Shown piece by piece: positions 38,194 to 50,332 of a stretch of DNA of 50,332 nt (its first letter is position 1; every line of letters begins with the position of its first letter). The stretch covers positions 54,481-104,812 of the forward strand of contig MQRK01199850.1 of assembly GCA_001938485.1 (NCBI GenBank), given 5' to 3'. The notes below the pieces were generated by a model that was not told where the DNA came from, ran no database searches, and saw nothing but the letters and a program-made list of their open reading frames with translations. This DNA comes from Girardia tigrina. Lineage: Eukaryota. A program made the position numbers and the translations under genes.

Positions 38194-40107
38194 TGCTTAA
38201 CTAACTTCGTCAAAGAAAATTAGTTTGTCAGCAAATTGAGTTACCTAAATTATAAAATTTAATATTTTAATTGAACATTGATTGCAGAAATTGGAAAATA
38301 GATCGCAGATTCCTAAATATTGTAAACATTTAGAAAGAAATTTCCTATTAAGCTGCTATGCTTTGGTTCCTGGGAAATGTATTTCTGGTCAGGAAATTAC
38401 TATAATTTCTTATTGTTCAAAGGAATACTTCTTTTCTTTCGAAAAGAAGTCTCTTTTACTTAACGATACTTAAGTTTTTGTGGTTAACTAAGAATCTGTA
38501 ATTAGATCATCTAGTATGACTTTTAATGAAGATCTTACAGTCTCCTTGAAAGTCTCACACTGTTCTCAGGAGCATCCAAACGTTAAGTAATATGTATTTT
38601 AAACAGTTTACAGTAAAAATGAAATATTATTTTTCAACAATAAATTATTTCATTTGATTTTTGTTTTCAAAGATAAAATAATGGCAAAATAAATCCATTT
38701 TTAGTTCAACAATTAAGTTAAAAAAATTAATCTAAACAAATATTTTTTTTATAAATAATTAAAATTTTATTGAAAAAATCAATTATTTCAGTGATACAGA
38801 CTTTTGCGGAAATAGTATAATATCAGGAATTTAAAATAATTTATTTATATATCATTTGATATGCACGAAATAATTTACTTTTAATAATTTTAATTTAAAA
38901 TATTGAACACATAAATTACATCATTTTACTTGACCCCCACTACTATGTACCGTAAGGGTACCTCAAGTCTCTAGTATCTTTACATTAAAAGAGTTTCTTT
39001 TATGCTTGGGTTAAAATTCCATTTTCTTGTCTTCTGAGTCTCAATTGTTATTCCAGGAAACCGAAAGAAGACATGGTTTCTAAATTATGTAGGTTAAATT
39101 AATGAAAAATGTTTAAATCCCGGTAAATTCATACATAATTAATTTAATTATTATAGAAATAAACTGTCTTTTAAATAAAGCTAAAATCGCTATATTTTTT
39201 AAAATAAAAATCTGACGATTAATATATTAACAAAAACATAAATTACAATATTTAAGGATAAAATTTCGAACCTCAGTCGTATACTCTCAAACCTTGCATT
39301 GCCTTTCCCACTCCTATGTCAGTAGTTTTCCCGAATTTCTTCATTATACTCTCCCAAAGAACATACTTTGACGACGTCATAATATGATAGTATTAGAAAA
39401 ATGAAAAACCGCATAATTGTAGCGATTTCTAATTAATAATTAATAAATATTTATAATATTTTTTTTAAAATAATACATTATTTTAGAGACTGCCATATTT
39501 GCCGTTCAAAAGTAGTTTTGTTTTAAAATTTCTTATTTTAAAGTTTCATATTTCCATGATGGACATTGTGGACATTCGTAAAACGAAATTGGTTAATAAA
39601 TCTGTTTAATATCATAAATAGCAAACTTTGTGAAAAAATACTATTTCTCTTTGGAAGATCTCTACGTTTAATAATAACTTTTGGTTAGCGATAATAAAAC
39701 AGATTTTCTTTCAAAAGACAGTCCTTCAGAAAATAAAACATTTTTAATCTCTTCTTCAAAATACAATTCCTATTTTTTATATTTTAAAGTCTTTTTAATT
39801 GATAATAATGATCTATTTAACGCTAAACGGAAAAAAGCTAATAAATGTCAAAAAGATATTCGATTTCTACAATGTAGAGACATTCTCAAAGACGGAGTAT
39901 ATGTAAATCGTGTTAATGTCTCTTTATGTACAAAATGTAGCAGAAAGGCTATATCTGGATATGAAGTACATGTACTAAAAAGACCATGGTTTGAACCAGA
40001 ACCATTCAAAGGAATTAGAAATTGCTATTGAAAGATCTTTTAAATTTCATTTTTTAAATTTAGGAAGGAAGAATCGATTCAAGATACGGGCACAGACTTA
40101 TGGTTTA

Positions 40108-41240
40108 CGTGGGATGTCCGAAAAGTTCTTAGCCTAACAATGAAAAACAAGAGTTAAATTGAAAAGGATATATTTATTTTTCAATATAATCTCCATAGAC
40201 ATTAAAACATGTATTCCAACATTTTTCTAACAATTCCATTCCTTAATTAAAATGATTTTCTTCGAGCTCTGCCAAATAACGGTTTACAGCTGCAATAGCT
40301 TCATCATATGATGTGAAACGCTTTCCAGCACGGAACCATTTTAGGTTAAGAAATAAAATAATAGTCACTGGAAGCCATATCTTGTTAATAAGGTGGATGA
40401 TCAAGCAATTCATACTTCATTTTATTTTTCAATTTAGCCATCATCAAACCACTTTTGTGAGCAATGCATTGTCTTGTTGAAAAAGGATTTTTTCTTCGCC
40501 AAACCATGTCTTTTCTCACTATTTAATGTATCCAGTTGATCCAAAAGTCTTGAGTAATTTTCTGAGTTGACTGTTTTACCTTTCTCAAGATAATTGGTCA
40601 ATAAAACTCTATTTCTTCCTCTTTATACTATACGGCATCTAAACTGATGATCTTATTGCCAAAATTATCCTTGAGAAATTGAAAAACTTGCGCAGTATGT
40701 GTCAGCTTGCACCATCCAGCATACATCAAAATTCCCCAACTGTACCTAAATATTGAGCCTCAGGAATGAATATTTCACGTAACATTTACACATACCTTTA
40801 CCCAGTTATGTTTCCTTCAGAGAAATTTTGCCTTATTCTTTTTGAAAATCTTTGTAATCCCAAAAAAATTGTTGCAATAACTTTCCCGGTAGATTGAACT
40901 GTTTTAGCCTTCTTTGCTGCACTATGTTGGATCCATGTTTCATCAACAATTATATAACCTCGTTTAAAATGCACTTACTGTTTTTTCTAAAACGATCAAG
41001 GAAGCTTGAGAATTTCTCATTCCAAAGCGTTTTTGATCGATTGTTAACAAATGCGGCCCCAACCTTGTGTAAAACCTTTTTGTGTGTAATTCTTCATGCA
41101 AAATATATCCGACTCGACCTTTTGAAATACCCAAGCATTAATGATAGAATGTTTGGGAAAAAGGACTCATTTGAATCTTTTTTTGAAAAATTCTGTATGA
41201 GGTAGAAATATTAAAAAAAGAAAGGTTGCTGTTTCATTAT
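40108..41240 (-). mobile_element. Degenerate mariner (irritans/Himar1-like), interrupted by a foreign transposase piece
   Basis: TA|CGTGGGATGTCCGAAAAGTTCTTAGCCT end. Motifs GISKGRVGYILHEEL, IVDETWI, KKAKTVQSTGKVIATIF, YLEKGKTVNSENY, DHPPY, GDYIEK. Confidence 0.85.
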
Positions 41241-41454
41241 ATATATATGTCAATAAAACATATGGAATAAAGTTTTATTTGGTTTTAATTTTATTTTTTT
41301 GTATTTATTTGTTTTAATAAATCTTTTATTGTTTTGATTGATGTTAATAAAATTTGTAGCAGTTAATAAAATTATTTATTGTTTTAATAGTTTTTCATTT
41401 TTTCCAATAAAATTCAGTAATGACGGTTTTCTTCCATAGACTATTTTAAAGGGG

Positions 41455-41805
41455 CTATAACCCGTGGATTTCTGTTTGTTTTTTATAGTTTTAATCGAGA
41501 CTATGTCTCTAAACGTAAAGAAAATGTTGACTTATCTCAATTTGGGAATATGGATGAAGTACCTGTTAGTTTTGACATGCCTGACACGAGAACAGTTGAT
41601 GTAAGAGGAAAGTTGAGTAGTTGATGTTTGAATAAATTTCATGTATTTCACGGTTTTTCAAGCATAATTTTTAGAATAAAAGTATCATGTATTAAAGTAA
41701 AAATTTCATGTATTACCCGCACCTATCGTATAACCCGCATCCTCGAATTTTCGGGAAAACTTACTTTTTTCGTATAACCCGCGGGTTATATGCAAGAAAT
41801 TAGGG
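41455..41805 (+). mobile_element. pogo/Tigger deletion derivative
   Basis: GNMDEVPVSFDMPDTRTVDVRG (DDE_1 type). Iterated tataacccgc motifs and the end gcgggttatatgcaagaaattaggg|TA. Confidence 0.8.
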
Positions 41806-42111
41806 TAATTTTTACCACGTTTTTATTAGCTTGCTTTCTTGTCTGTTTGTCTCTCTGGAACAAATCTTGCGATTGATTTTTCGACCACTTTCAGTCATCC
41901 AATTGAGCTGAATTTTTTTATACAGGCTTGCTTCCGATGACAATACAATATTATAAAATAATATTTGAAAAAAAATATTTTTTTCTAATTTGTTTTGCAA
42001 AAAACCACTTTCGATTATCTACAAATTTATACACTGTATTAAATAGCAATCTTTTCGTTTATTTTCATGAATGAAGTTTTATACAGGCTTGCTTCCGATG
42101 ACAATACAATT

Positions 42112-42299
42112 NNNNNNNNNNNNNNNNNNNNNNNNNNNNNNNNNNNNNNNNNNNNNNNNNNNNNNNNNNNNNNNNNNNNNNNNNNNNNNNNNNNNNNNNN
42201 NNNNNNNNNNNNNNNNNNNNNNNNNNNNNNNNNNNNNNNNNNNNNNNNNNNNNNNNNNNNNNNNNNNNNNNNNNNNNNNNNNNNNNNNNNNNNNNNNNN
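42112..42299. other. Assembly gap
   Basis: Run of N. Confidence 1.
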
Positions 42300-43859
42300 C
42301 AGAAATCCGCCCCACGTTTTTGGTTAGGTATAAAATTTCGCACATGTCTAGAAAAAAATTATTTTCCTCTTTTTAGTGCATTGGTAATGCTTGAAAAACG
42401 TGGTTGTTTTCATAAAAAATTTTTTTTATTAATAATATTATTCATTATTGAAGTAATACCAATTAAATAATAAATTATAATTAAACAATAATAAATCATT
42501 TAAATATTAATTTTAGTTTTTAATAAGATTTTAAGGTTTCCAAAATATTTTTTAATGAAAAGTATCACACAAAAATATAAATGGAAGAGGAAGAATAAAT
42601 TTGAAGTTATTGTTTTAAATTATTTTTATTTTATTGTTCAAGATAGACTTAAAATATTTGCCACGAAAAATTTACGTTCGGTAAAAGGCGTATATTGAAC
42701 CATAAGAGTAATAATTGTTAGTCATAAATTATACAATTTAAAATTCATAAATTATTTTTATTTATTTTTATTCTTTCTTTTATCAACGTTGAATAAAATT
42801 GCTATAATTTATAAACTTGAGTTTTGTGAATATAATTTTTATATCATTTCAACTGTAAGTTTTATAATGAGTTCCTGTAAAAAGAGCAAAGTAATCTTTA
42901 AGCATAAGTAAGGGTCGGTATTTACAGATAAAAGAATATATATAAATTGAGACCAAATTATTTTTTTGGTAAGAATTAAGAGAAAAGATTGACGTAAAGT
43001 CAATATAAAATAAGTCTCTAAATTTATTGATATTTTTTCTTATTTATTAGATTTTACAAAAGAATGAAATGAACGCAAATCTGATTGAGGGAAAATAATC
43101 AGAAACAGCAATTCTCACAGAAAATGGCAATAAAAGATACTTCATCATTTTGAAGTATTTCATTCATAAAATAGTCTGTAATTGCAGTAGTAAAAATAGT
43201 TTTATGTTTGGAAGTAAAAAAATATTTTTGTGAGGAAAAAAAGCAGTCAAAAAATATTTCTGTATTGCCATTATGATATTTGAGTCGTATATTTTGAAAG
43301 TGGTCTGAGTCCATTTAAACTTATATTGATATATTTAATAGTTTCAGCGACTTTTAATGTGAACAACTCTAAAGATTTGTGTCCAGAATTATCGTATCTA
43401 CTTGGAATATATATAACCTGAAAAACATAATTGATAAATAACTTGAAGTAGTACATGTAACCACTGACAACCGGAAATAATCGACAAATGGACTTAGGCA
43501 ATTTTACGACAATTTTCAAAAATATATACAAAAGTACACAACATTCTTTTTTTATAATTTAAATTTCCAAATATTCAAACAAAATATTAACAATTATTCA
43601 TTAAGGTTTAATTATTAAAATATTTTATGAAAATATTTTACTAAAATATTTAAATTTAAATTTTATCAAAAATACTTAAATTAATAAAATATTTTATAAA
43701 GCCATTAAAATATTTACGTAATTAAGAATATTGAATTATAATTTAAACTTAAATCGAATAAAAAGGTTGACCCAAATAAAAGTTTTGAAAAAATGTTCAT
43801 TAACAATTCAAACTAGTAAAAATTATGATCTATGCATTATTATCACTTTAAAAAGTCGT

Positions 43860-45500
43860 GGCTTATTGTATTCAATTTTCAGAATGTTTACCCTAAAAAG
43901 CAACTTAAGGGCGCGCCAGGAATAACGTTTAAAAGAATTTCTTCGGGGATTACCAAAATCTGTTCCAGAATAGCGTTTTAAAGATTTTTGAGAGTCTTAT
44001 ATCCATCTTTACAAATATTTTCCCTAAGATAGCCTCAAAAAAATAAATCTCAAATTTAAATAATCTAAATTATGTATGTAACTCTATTCCTTCCTCTTTG
44101 TACTATACGGCATCTAAACTAATGATCTTTATGAGGGGCTAATTTAAATTTCCATCTCGCCATAATAATTTATTATTTTTTTTTATTTAAAAGGTAAAAT
44201 ATTTTAATGTTAATATGCGTATTAAATATTTTTAAAAAATTAAAAAATTAATAAAATAACTATTAAAAAATCAAATACGTACTTAAAAAATAAAATATGT
44301 TTTAATTGTGTTTTTTAAAAATATTTCAAAAATTAAAAATGATATAATAAAAGAAAATCTTAAAAAATTAAATATCTATATAAAAATAAAAAAATATCTT
44401 TTTAATGTATCTATTAAATATCTTAAAATTAAAAATGTTAAGAAATCCATTAAATATTATATATTTATTTTATAAATAAAAAATATTTTTACAGTCATAA
44501 CAATTTATATATTTTAATAGAAATTATTAAACAATTTTAAATAAATTTTCAGTTTTAATGGGAAAGTTATTTAATAAATTTGCAAAATTTTAGAAATTGT
44601 ATCGAAAAATTTAATGGATTAAATCGTGGTGAGAAAATTAAATTAACAGAAAAATTTGTTTAAATGTGTGAATTTTTGTTATAGTAATAAATTTTGGTGT
44701 TAAAAAAATGAATCCTGATATTGAGGTTGCAACCACTTCTCACAATCTTGATCCAAAAGTCTTGAGTAATTTTCTGAGTTGACTGTTTTACCTTTCTCAA
44801 GATAATTGGTCAATAAAACTCTATTCCTTCCTCTTTATACTATACGGCATCTAAACTGATGATCTTATTGCCAAAATTATCCTTGAGAAATTGAAAAAAC
44901 TTGCGCAGTATGTGTCAGCTTGCACCATCCAGCATACATCGAAATTCCCCAACTGTACCTAAATATTGAGCCTCAGGAATGAATATTTCACGTAACATTT
45001 ATACATAACTTTACTCAGTTATGTTTCCTTCCAAGAAATCTTACCTTATTGTTTTTTGAAAATACCTAACCATACTAATAAGCTTCGAGGATTCATGAAG
45101 CAAACAGTTATAAATTCGAGTTTCAATGTTCTCCAGAAGCAAAAACTTTGTTTATTGACGTATTTTCCTATGCCAAATTGAAAATCTCAATTTATTAGCT
45201 TTAAAGATAGAAAGAGTCACCACACTCACAAAATGTTTCTCACAATGTGTTGAGAGGTGGTTAATGTATTTGAGAAAATATGAATGGAATATCAGTAACT
45301 CAACATTTCGGGATTACTCTATTTACCATGTCGACTCTAAGCCGCAGTTATCATCAAAGTTTAAGACTTCAAAAACTTTACATGGGTAAATGCTTGTGTA
45401 AAGCGTATGTTATGCTTATTAAATCATCTGCATCTGCAAGCAGTGCAAGTTCATGAACACTCAGTATTCATGGAGTGTACTTAAACTCTATGGAATATTT
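43860..45500 (-). mobile_element. Split maT/DD37D-like Tc1/mariner relic
   Basis: The 44823-45500 part reads YVNKQSFCFW..., MLREIFIPEAQYLG..MLDGA. The 43860-44130 part reads FF*GYLRENI..KTLKNL*NAILEQI..IPEEIL. Confidence 0.65.
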
Positions 45501-47437
45501 GATTATAATTTTCTTTACAACATTTGTTCGTTATAAAATACGTATATTTAGAATTTTCAATGTATTTCAAAGTAACCTTAACCTTATTTTAACTGTAACC
45601 ATATTAGAATTTAATTGACAGTACCCTTGGGTATGGGTGCACTTCATTATTAACCTCTTCATCGTACACTGGGGTATATGCGGGCATATTCGCAATTTTC
45701 AACATCCACTCACCAACAGAAATACTATTCGACTGATGTATCGACGCATCTCCCTTCCTGCTTAAATACATGGACGCACGAAATAAATGCTTGCATTGTA
45801 AAGAAATTACAAATTTTATATATTTTTTTACATTTGTACCCCAGGGTAGGGTTTCAAGGTTAACGACATCAAATGCGTGGACAAAGAAATTTAGTATTTT
45901 TATCCAATTCAAAATTCAACTTGTTCAGTGAAATAACAAAACTTATTCGTTTACATCACATATTTACTTCCCATGAAAGAACAACTGAATATTTTGTATT
46001 AAATGAATCGAAAAGTAATGCCATTCTTTCCCTAATATCATTTGCCAATAAGAAATATACCCGCCCTAATGACTTTTTCGTTATTTTGTAGGCAGTGTCA
46101 ATTTCCAATCTGTAAAATGATGGAGGGTTTTGTTCCGACCAGTCGAACAAGCACATACATAAAACGACAGTATTTTTTATTCACATAATGACCTTTTTTT
46201 AACGAAGTAATCCTATCTTTTTAGTCCTAAATATAAATAAAAGTTTTTATCTCATAGTAAATATAATAAAATGTTTATTTGCAAATAAAAATAATGAAAA
46301 TTACTTCCTATTATTAATCTAGTTAAATTAAAATTTAAAATCCAATTTAATAATTTATTTCAATAATTATTTAACAATTTTATAATATTTTAATTTCTTT
46401 CATATATTTTATATAAATAACTATTTCAAAGTTATTATAATTACTCAATTATTTGCTTTAATCAGATATTCATTTACTTTTAAAATACTTTAAAAATATA
46501 CTAATAATTATTGGTAAAATTACTTTATTATGATAATTAGGCTCAAAATTAACATAATTAGTATAAAGTATAATGGAAATAATTCTAATTATTATAATTA
46601 TTGTAGAAAAAAATCAAAAATATTTCCAGTATTTTTATTCTATTCTTTTAATTATAAAATGGAGTCTCATATTTGATTAATTTGATAAATTTCCAGTCTT
46701 AATTAATTTTAATTTATGATTGGAAAATTTTAGTGTAAAAAATTGGTTAATTACTCTTCAAAATCAAAAATAATAAATAATTTTCTTGAAATGAATTACT
46801 TAAAATTAAAATTTACTTTCTAGTAATTAAATTATTTAAGTAAAAAAAATTAAATTAAATTTTAATTTATCAAGAAAATGACAAAATAAAGCTTTCAATT
46901 TATTTCATTTATTTAATGCATTATTTATCGTAAACATGCGAATATTTTTTTTTAATAATTAAGATACATTTTGTCGGTAAATTATATTTATTTAAATTTG
47001 AACCTTATAATTTTTTTCATAAGTTAGATTTTTATTTAATCATTATATCATTATGGAATTAGTATTGTATAAAAGAAAATAGTAAATCAAAATTTTTTTA
47101 TATCCATGCTTTATGCTGGCAGAACTCTACTTGACCATTAGCAGTTTTTGTTATCTTTATTTAGAAGGGAAAATTACTATTTAATTTATTATAAATCATG
47201 AAAGAAAATAAACAAGACATTTCTATATGTAAATTTAAAAAAAATATTAAAAAAATGTAAATGTAAAAAAATAATGAAGTTTAAACATTTTTTGTAAAAA
47301 AATTTTTGATTTACTATTTAGTACAAAGCTTTACATTATCATTTATTGTCAATGAAAATGAGTAAATTTAAAAAGTTTAAAGAAAAAAAGAAAAGTAAAA
47401 AGCCTTCAAAAATGTTGCTAAATTCAATATATATATA

Positions 47438-47780
47438 TAGGGTTTTTTATAGCGATTTTGTGGGTACAATGTACAACCAACTTTTGTAGATATACACCCA
47501 AAACTTTAGCTATTTATAGGTAAAGCATTGGTTAATTAAAATATACACACACTGTTATTCCACCCACTCTTTCTCCGTCTCACACCTACACGCTCCTACA
47601 CAAGGTCATTTATAATTGTATACTTATTTAATAAGTATAAGACATTCTTTTGTTCACTACCCTTCAAATCCAGCGTACATGTGTGATGTAACAATTTTTG
47701 AGTAAAAATAAATATGTTACACTGTACACCCAAATCTTTTTAGCTTACATCAAGCTAGAAACTTTAATAAAACTCTGTTA
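47438..47780. mobile_element. Putative Tc1/mariner-type MITE inserted in TA repeats
   Basis: Imperfect TIRs (tagggttttttatagc / ctttaataaaactctg) and internal inverted repeat tgggtacaatgtac / ttacactgtacaccca. Confidence 0.4.
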
Positions 47781-49152
47781 TTATATATATATATATATAT
47801 ATTTATTTGAAACAATGATTTGAGTAGCATTTCCAAGTATAAAAAATCTTACTAAATATTTATGAAAAAGTATGATCATCCATAAAACAAATGTATGTTA
47901 ATAATATCTCATTTATTTATTATTAACATTTATTCTCCAAAATAAAAGGGGCCCACTCGAACACAAAATTCCCGAATTTCAAATTCGACAATGCCAAGCT
48001 AACGCTACTACAGTCCGGTCTTCTGGGCAACCTGGAAATCGGGTAGTACTAATTCAGAGATTTGACAAACATCAGAGATTAGACACAACAACGCATTGAT
48101 TTAATTTAAAATACAGTGCCAATACTTTAAAATGAGTCAGTTATTTGAAATTTACTCAAACTTAAAAGTGATTTTGAGGCAAATTTGTTTTGTATAAATC
48201 AAATTTCAAAGTAACGATAAATGCATAGATCATTCTAACGTTTTACTCTTAATTCGAGTCAATGGACTATTTAGCTCTACTAAATGTATATTTAAATTAC
48301 CAAGAAAATTTTCCCTGCTCTCAATATATATATGTATATATATATATATATATATATAAAATAAGTTTATTTATTTCGTTTATTTTATTAATTTTTTTCC
48401 TATTTTGTATAAATAAAACTAAAATAAATTTGAATTTGATGATAACATCAATAAAATATCGGAGTATGTTTTTACTTATTCTATATAAATGTTGTATAAA
48501 TAATTAATAACAATTACGACAAGTGTTAACAATGAAATAATAACAATTTAAATGCCTTTGATCATACATGAAAACAATTACGTATTGAATGATTGAATCA
48601 TTAATAATATATTGTTTGCCGACAAAACTCGATCATCCTCAGTAACATATTAATATTGGATCAAAATAAGTAGATCCGATTTGTTCATTATTTGTGGAAA
48701 GATGTAAATTAGGTAACATTTTGTTGGTTTATTGTTTATATATTATATATACTTTTAAGAGTCTTTTACCCAAAATAAACTGAACTGAAAAGAAATACTG
48801 AAATGATAATTTTTTAAAATTAAAATTTATAATTTATTTAATGGAAAGTAAATCAAAGAAAATATAATTTAAATTTATTCCAATTCGATTGTGTATGTAA
48901 CATTCTTCACGAAAATCCTAATTAATTCAAAAGATTATATATTTTTGTTTCAATGGATCTCGTGAGAAGTATTTCTGATCATCATGAAAGAGGATTTTAT
49001 ATTTTTCTAAATAATTTTTAAAAATAAATAAGTTCATATTTAAACTCAATTCTTAGCAAAAGTTTATTTATAATTATTTATTTTTTTATATCATTTTATT
49101 ATTTTTGTAATTATTTTAAAATTTCCTCTTATCGTTATACTTATATATATAT

Positions 49153-49480
49153 GGATAAAAATAAGACGAAGCGTTTCGAGAAAATAATAATCTGATCATC
49201 AGGTCACTTTTTTTGAAATTAAACTTCTCACACTCAATGGAATCAACTCAATTTTAGCCTTCCCATCAAACCCAAAACAATCCGAAATCTCATCGATGCA
49301 ATTTGACTGAAATGTCTGACCAAACGGAAATCTGAGAGAACGTTCTTTTCTCTCAACTGTACCAGGTTTGACACTGGTGACAATCAGTATAATAACACAT
49401 TTGGCCAATGCAAAACAATCCCACACCGACAAAATACATTTTGTTTTGAATTCCTTCGTTCTTTCCAACTTGTTCAAAAA
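49153..49480 (-). mobile_element. Probable PLE 3'-end remnant (decayed GIY-YIG + hammerhead)
   Basis: Frameshifted CRCG/LFCIGQ, resembling CxCG..YIGQT, lies upstream of a hammerhead core. The segment sits between TA repeats. Confidence 0.5.
49157..49212 (-). ncRNA. Minimal type I hammerhead ribozyme motif (degenerate)
   Basis: Minus strand: gac CUGAUGA ucagauuauuauuuucuc GAAA cg cuu cg UC, i.e. complete core, 3-bp stem III, GUC cleavage triplet. Stems I and II are imperfect. Confidence 0.65.
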
Positions 49481-49499
49481 ATAATTGATTCTAACGTCA

Positions 49500-49542
<43 letters not shown>

Positions 49543-50222
49543 AACATTTGTTAATCTATACTCATATTTGACTTTTTATAAATCCTTTAAAATAAAATTT
49601 TAAATTTTAAAATGATTAAATTAAGAATAAAAATTATAAATATTATATATAAAAAAATCGAATTTAGTTTAAAATGAGAAAAATAAATTAATAACAATAT
49701 TCATTTTTAACATTAGACCAAAAGATTCACAAAAATACAAAATTAGGAAAGGTAAAAAACTAAATAATGTTTCAGAAAGAAAACTGATAAGAATATTTAA
49801 ATCCGAATTCCAGAATTGCAAAAACGAGAAAAAATCTAAAGATTATCTTAAAGACAGATAACAGTCAGACAAGATTAAATTACTCTAAATTAAAAATTTC
49901 ATATAAATCAATCAACAATTATTTTTATTTAACTTGATTAAGAATTATTAAATTTTTGTTAAATATTTTAAAATTAAATAAATACAAAATTGACGAAAAT
50001 TTTATAAAATTCAAAAAATTTTAAAATTAAAAAAAATTAAAAATATGAATATTATTAGAAAATATAAAATATATAATATTTAATAAGAAATTTCAAAAAT
50101 AATGACAAATTTTTATTAAAATCAAAAACGCCATTAAAATCAAATTTTATTGTCGCAATATATTTCGGTGGATTTTCCACCATCTTCATGCTGAATTAAC
50201 AACAATTTCGCTGTCTTATATA

Positions 50223-50332
50223 CAGGGTGGGCCAAAAGTAGGGTTACAGTTAACACTTAAACATTTTATCTTTATTAGAAATTTAGACATTTATTTACAT
50301 ACATTATATTTACATAATAAACATTTTACATT
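50223..50332. mobile_element. End of a Tc1/mariner element running off the window
   Basis: TA|CAGGGTGGGCCAAAAGTAGG, a typical Tc1/mariner TIR start. Confidence 0.6.

Noticed and set aside
34039-42376. ORFs spanning N runs
   Set aside because: Artefacts of the assembly gaps.
43099-43531. Fibronectin-III-like motif LNGLRPLSKY on the minus strand
   Set aside because: It terminates immediately. The plus strand has hAT-like remnants (VVHVTTDN). Neither reading is strong enough to call.
45604-46200. Multi-exon gene models on either strand
   Set aside because: The models are mutually inconsistent and hit stops. Weak Tc1-like remnants on the plus strand are an alternative explanation.

Overview
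AT-rich eukaryotic DNA, probably from an invertebrate or similar genome, with two assembly gaps. I cannot confidently support any host gene, rRNA, tRNA or CRISPR array. The window is a graveyard of nested, decayed transposable elements: several Ty3/gypsy LTR retrotransposon remnants, two Penelope-like element (PLE) remnants, many Tc1/mariner/IS630/pogo relics, five distinct TTAA-flanked piggyBac-type MITEs, foldback MITEs and a Helitron-like element. Most short ORFs in the track are frameshifted TE fragments or their antisense shadows. Most notable observations: (i) a gypsy element with 76-bp LTRs, a PPT and a 5-bp TSD (23259-28473) whose integrase is interrupted by an unexplained ~3.1-kb insert carrying a promoter-intron-small ORF-polyA unit; (ii) minimal hammerhead-ribozyme cores at the 3' ends of both PLE remnants, one of which is bracketed by a perfect 33-bp direct repeat; (iii) a ~0.9-kb inverted duplication with a promoter-like core, whose second copy provides the empty site for a 942-bp foldback element; (iv) a chimeric junction shared by two unrelated mariner-type elements. 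All family assignments come from motif recognition by eye, not from database searches.
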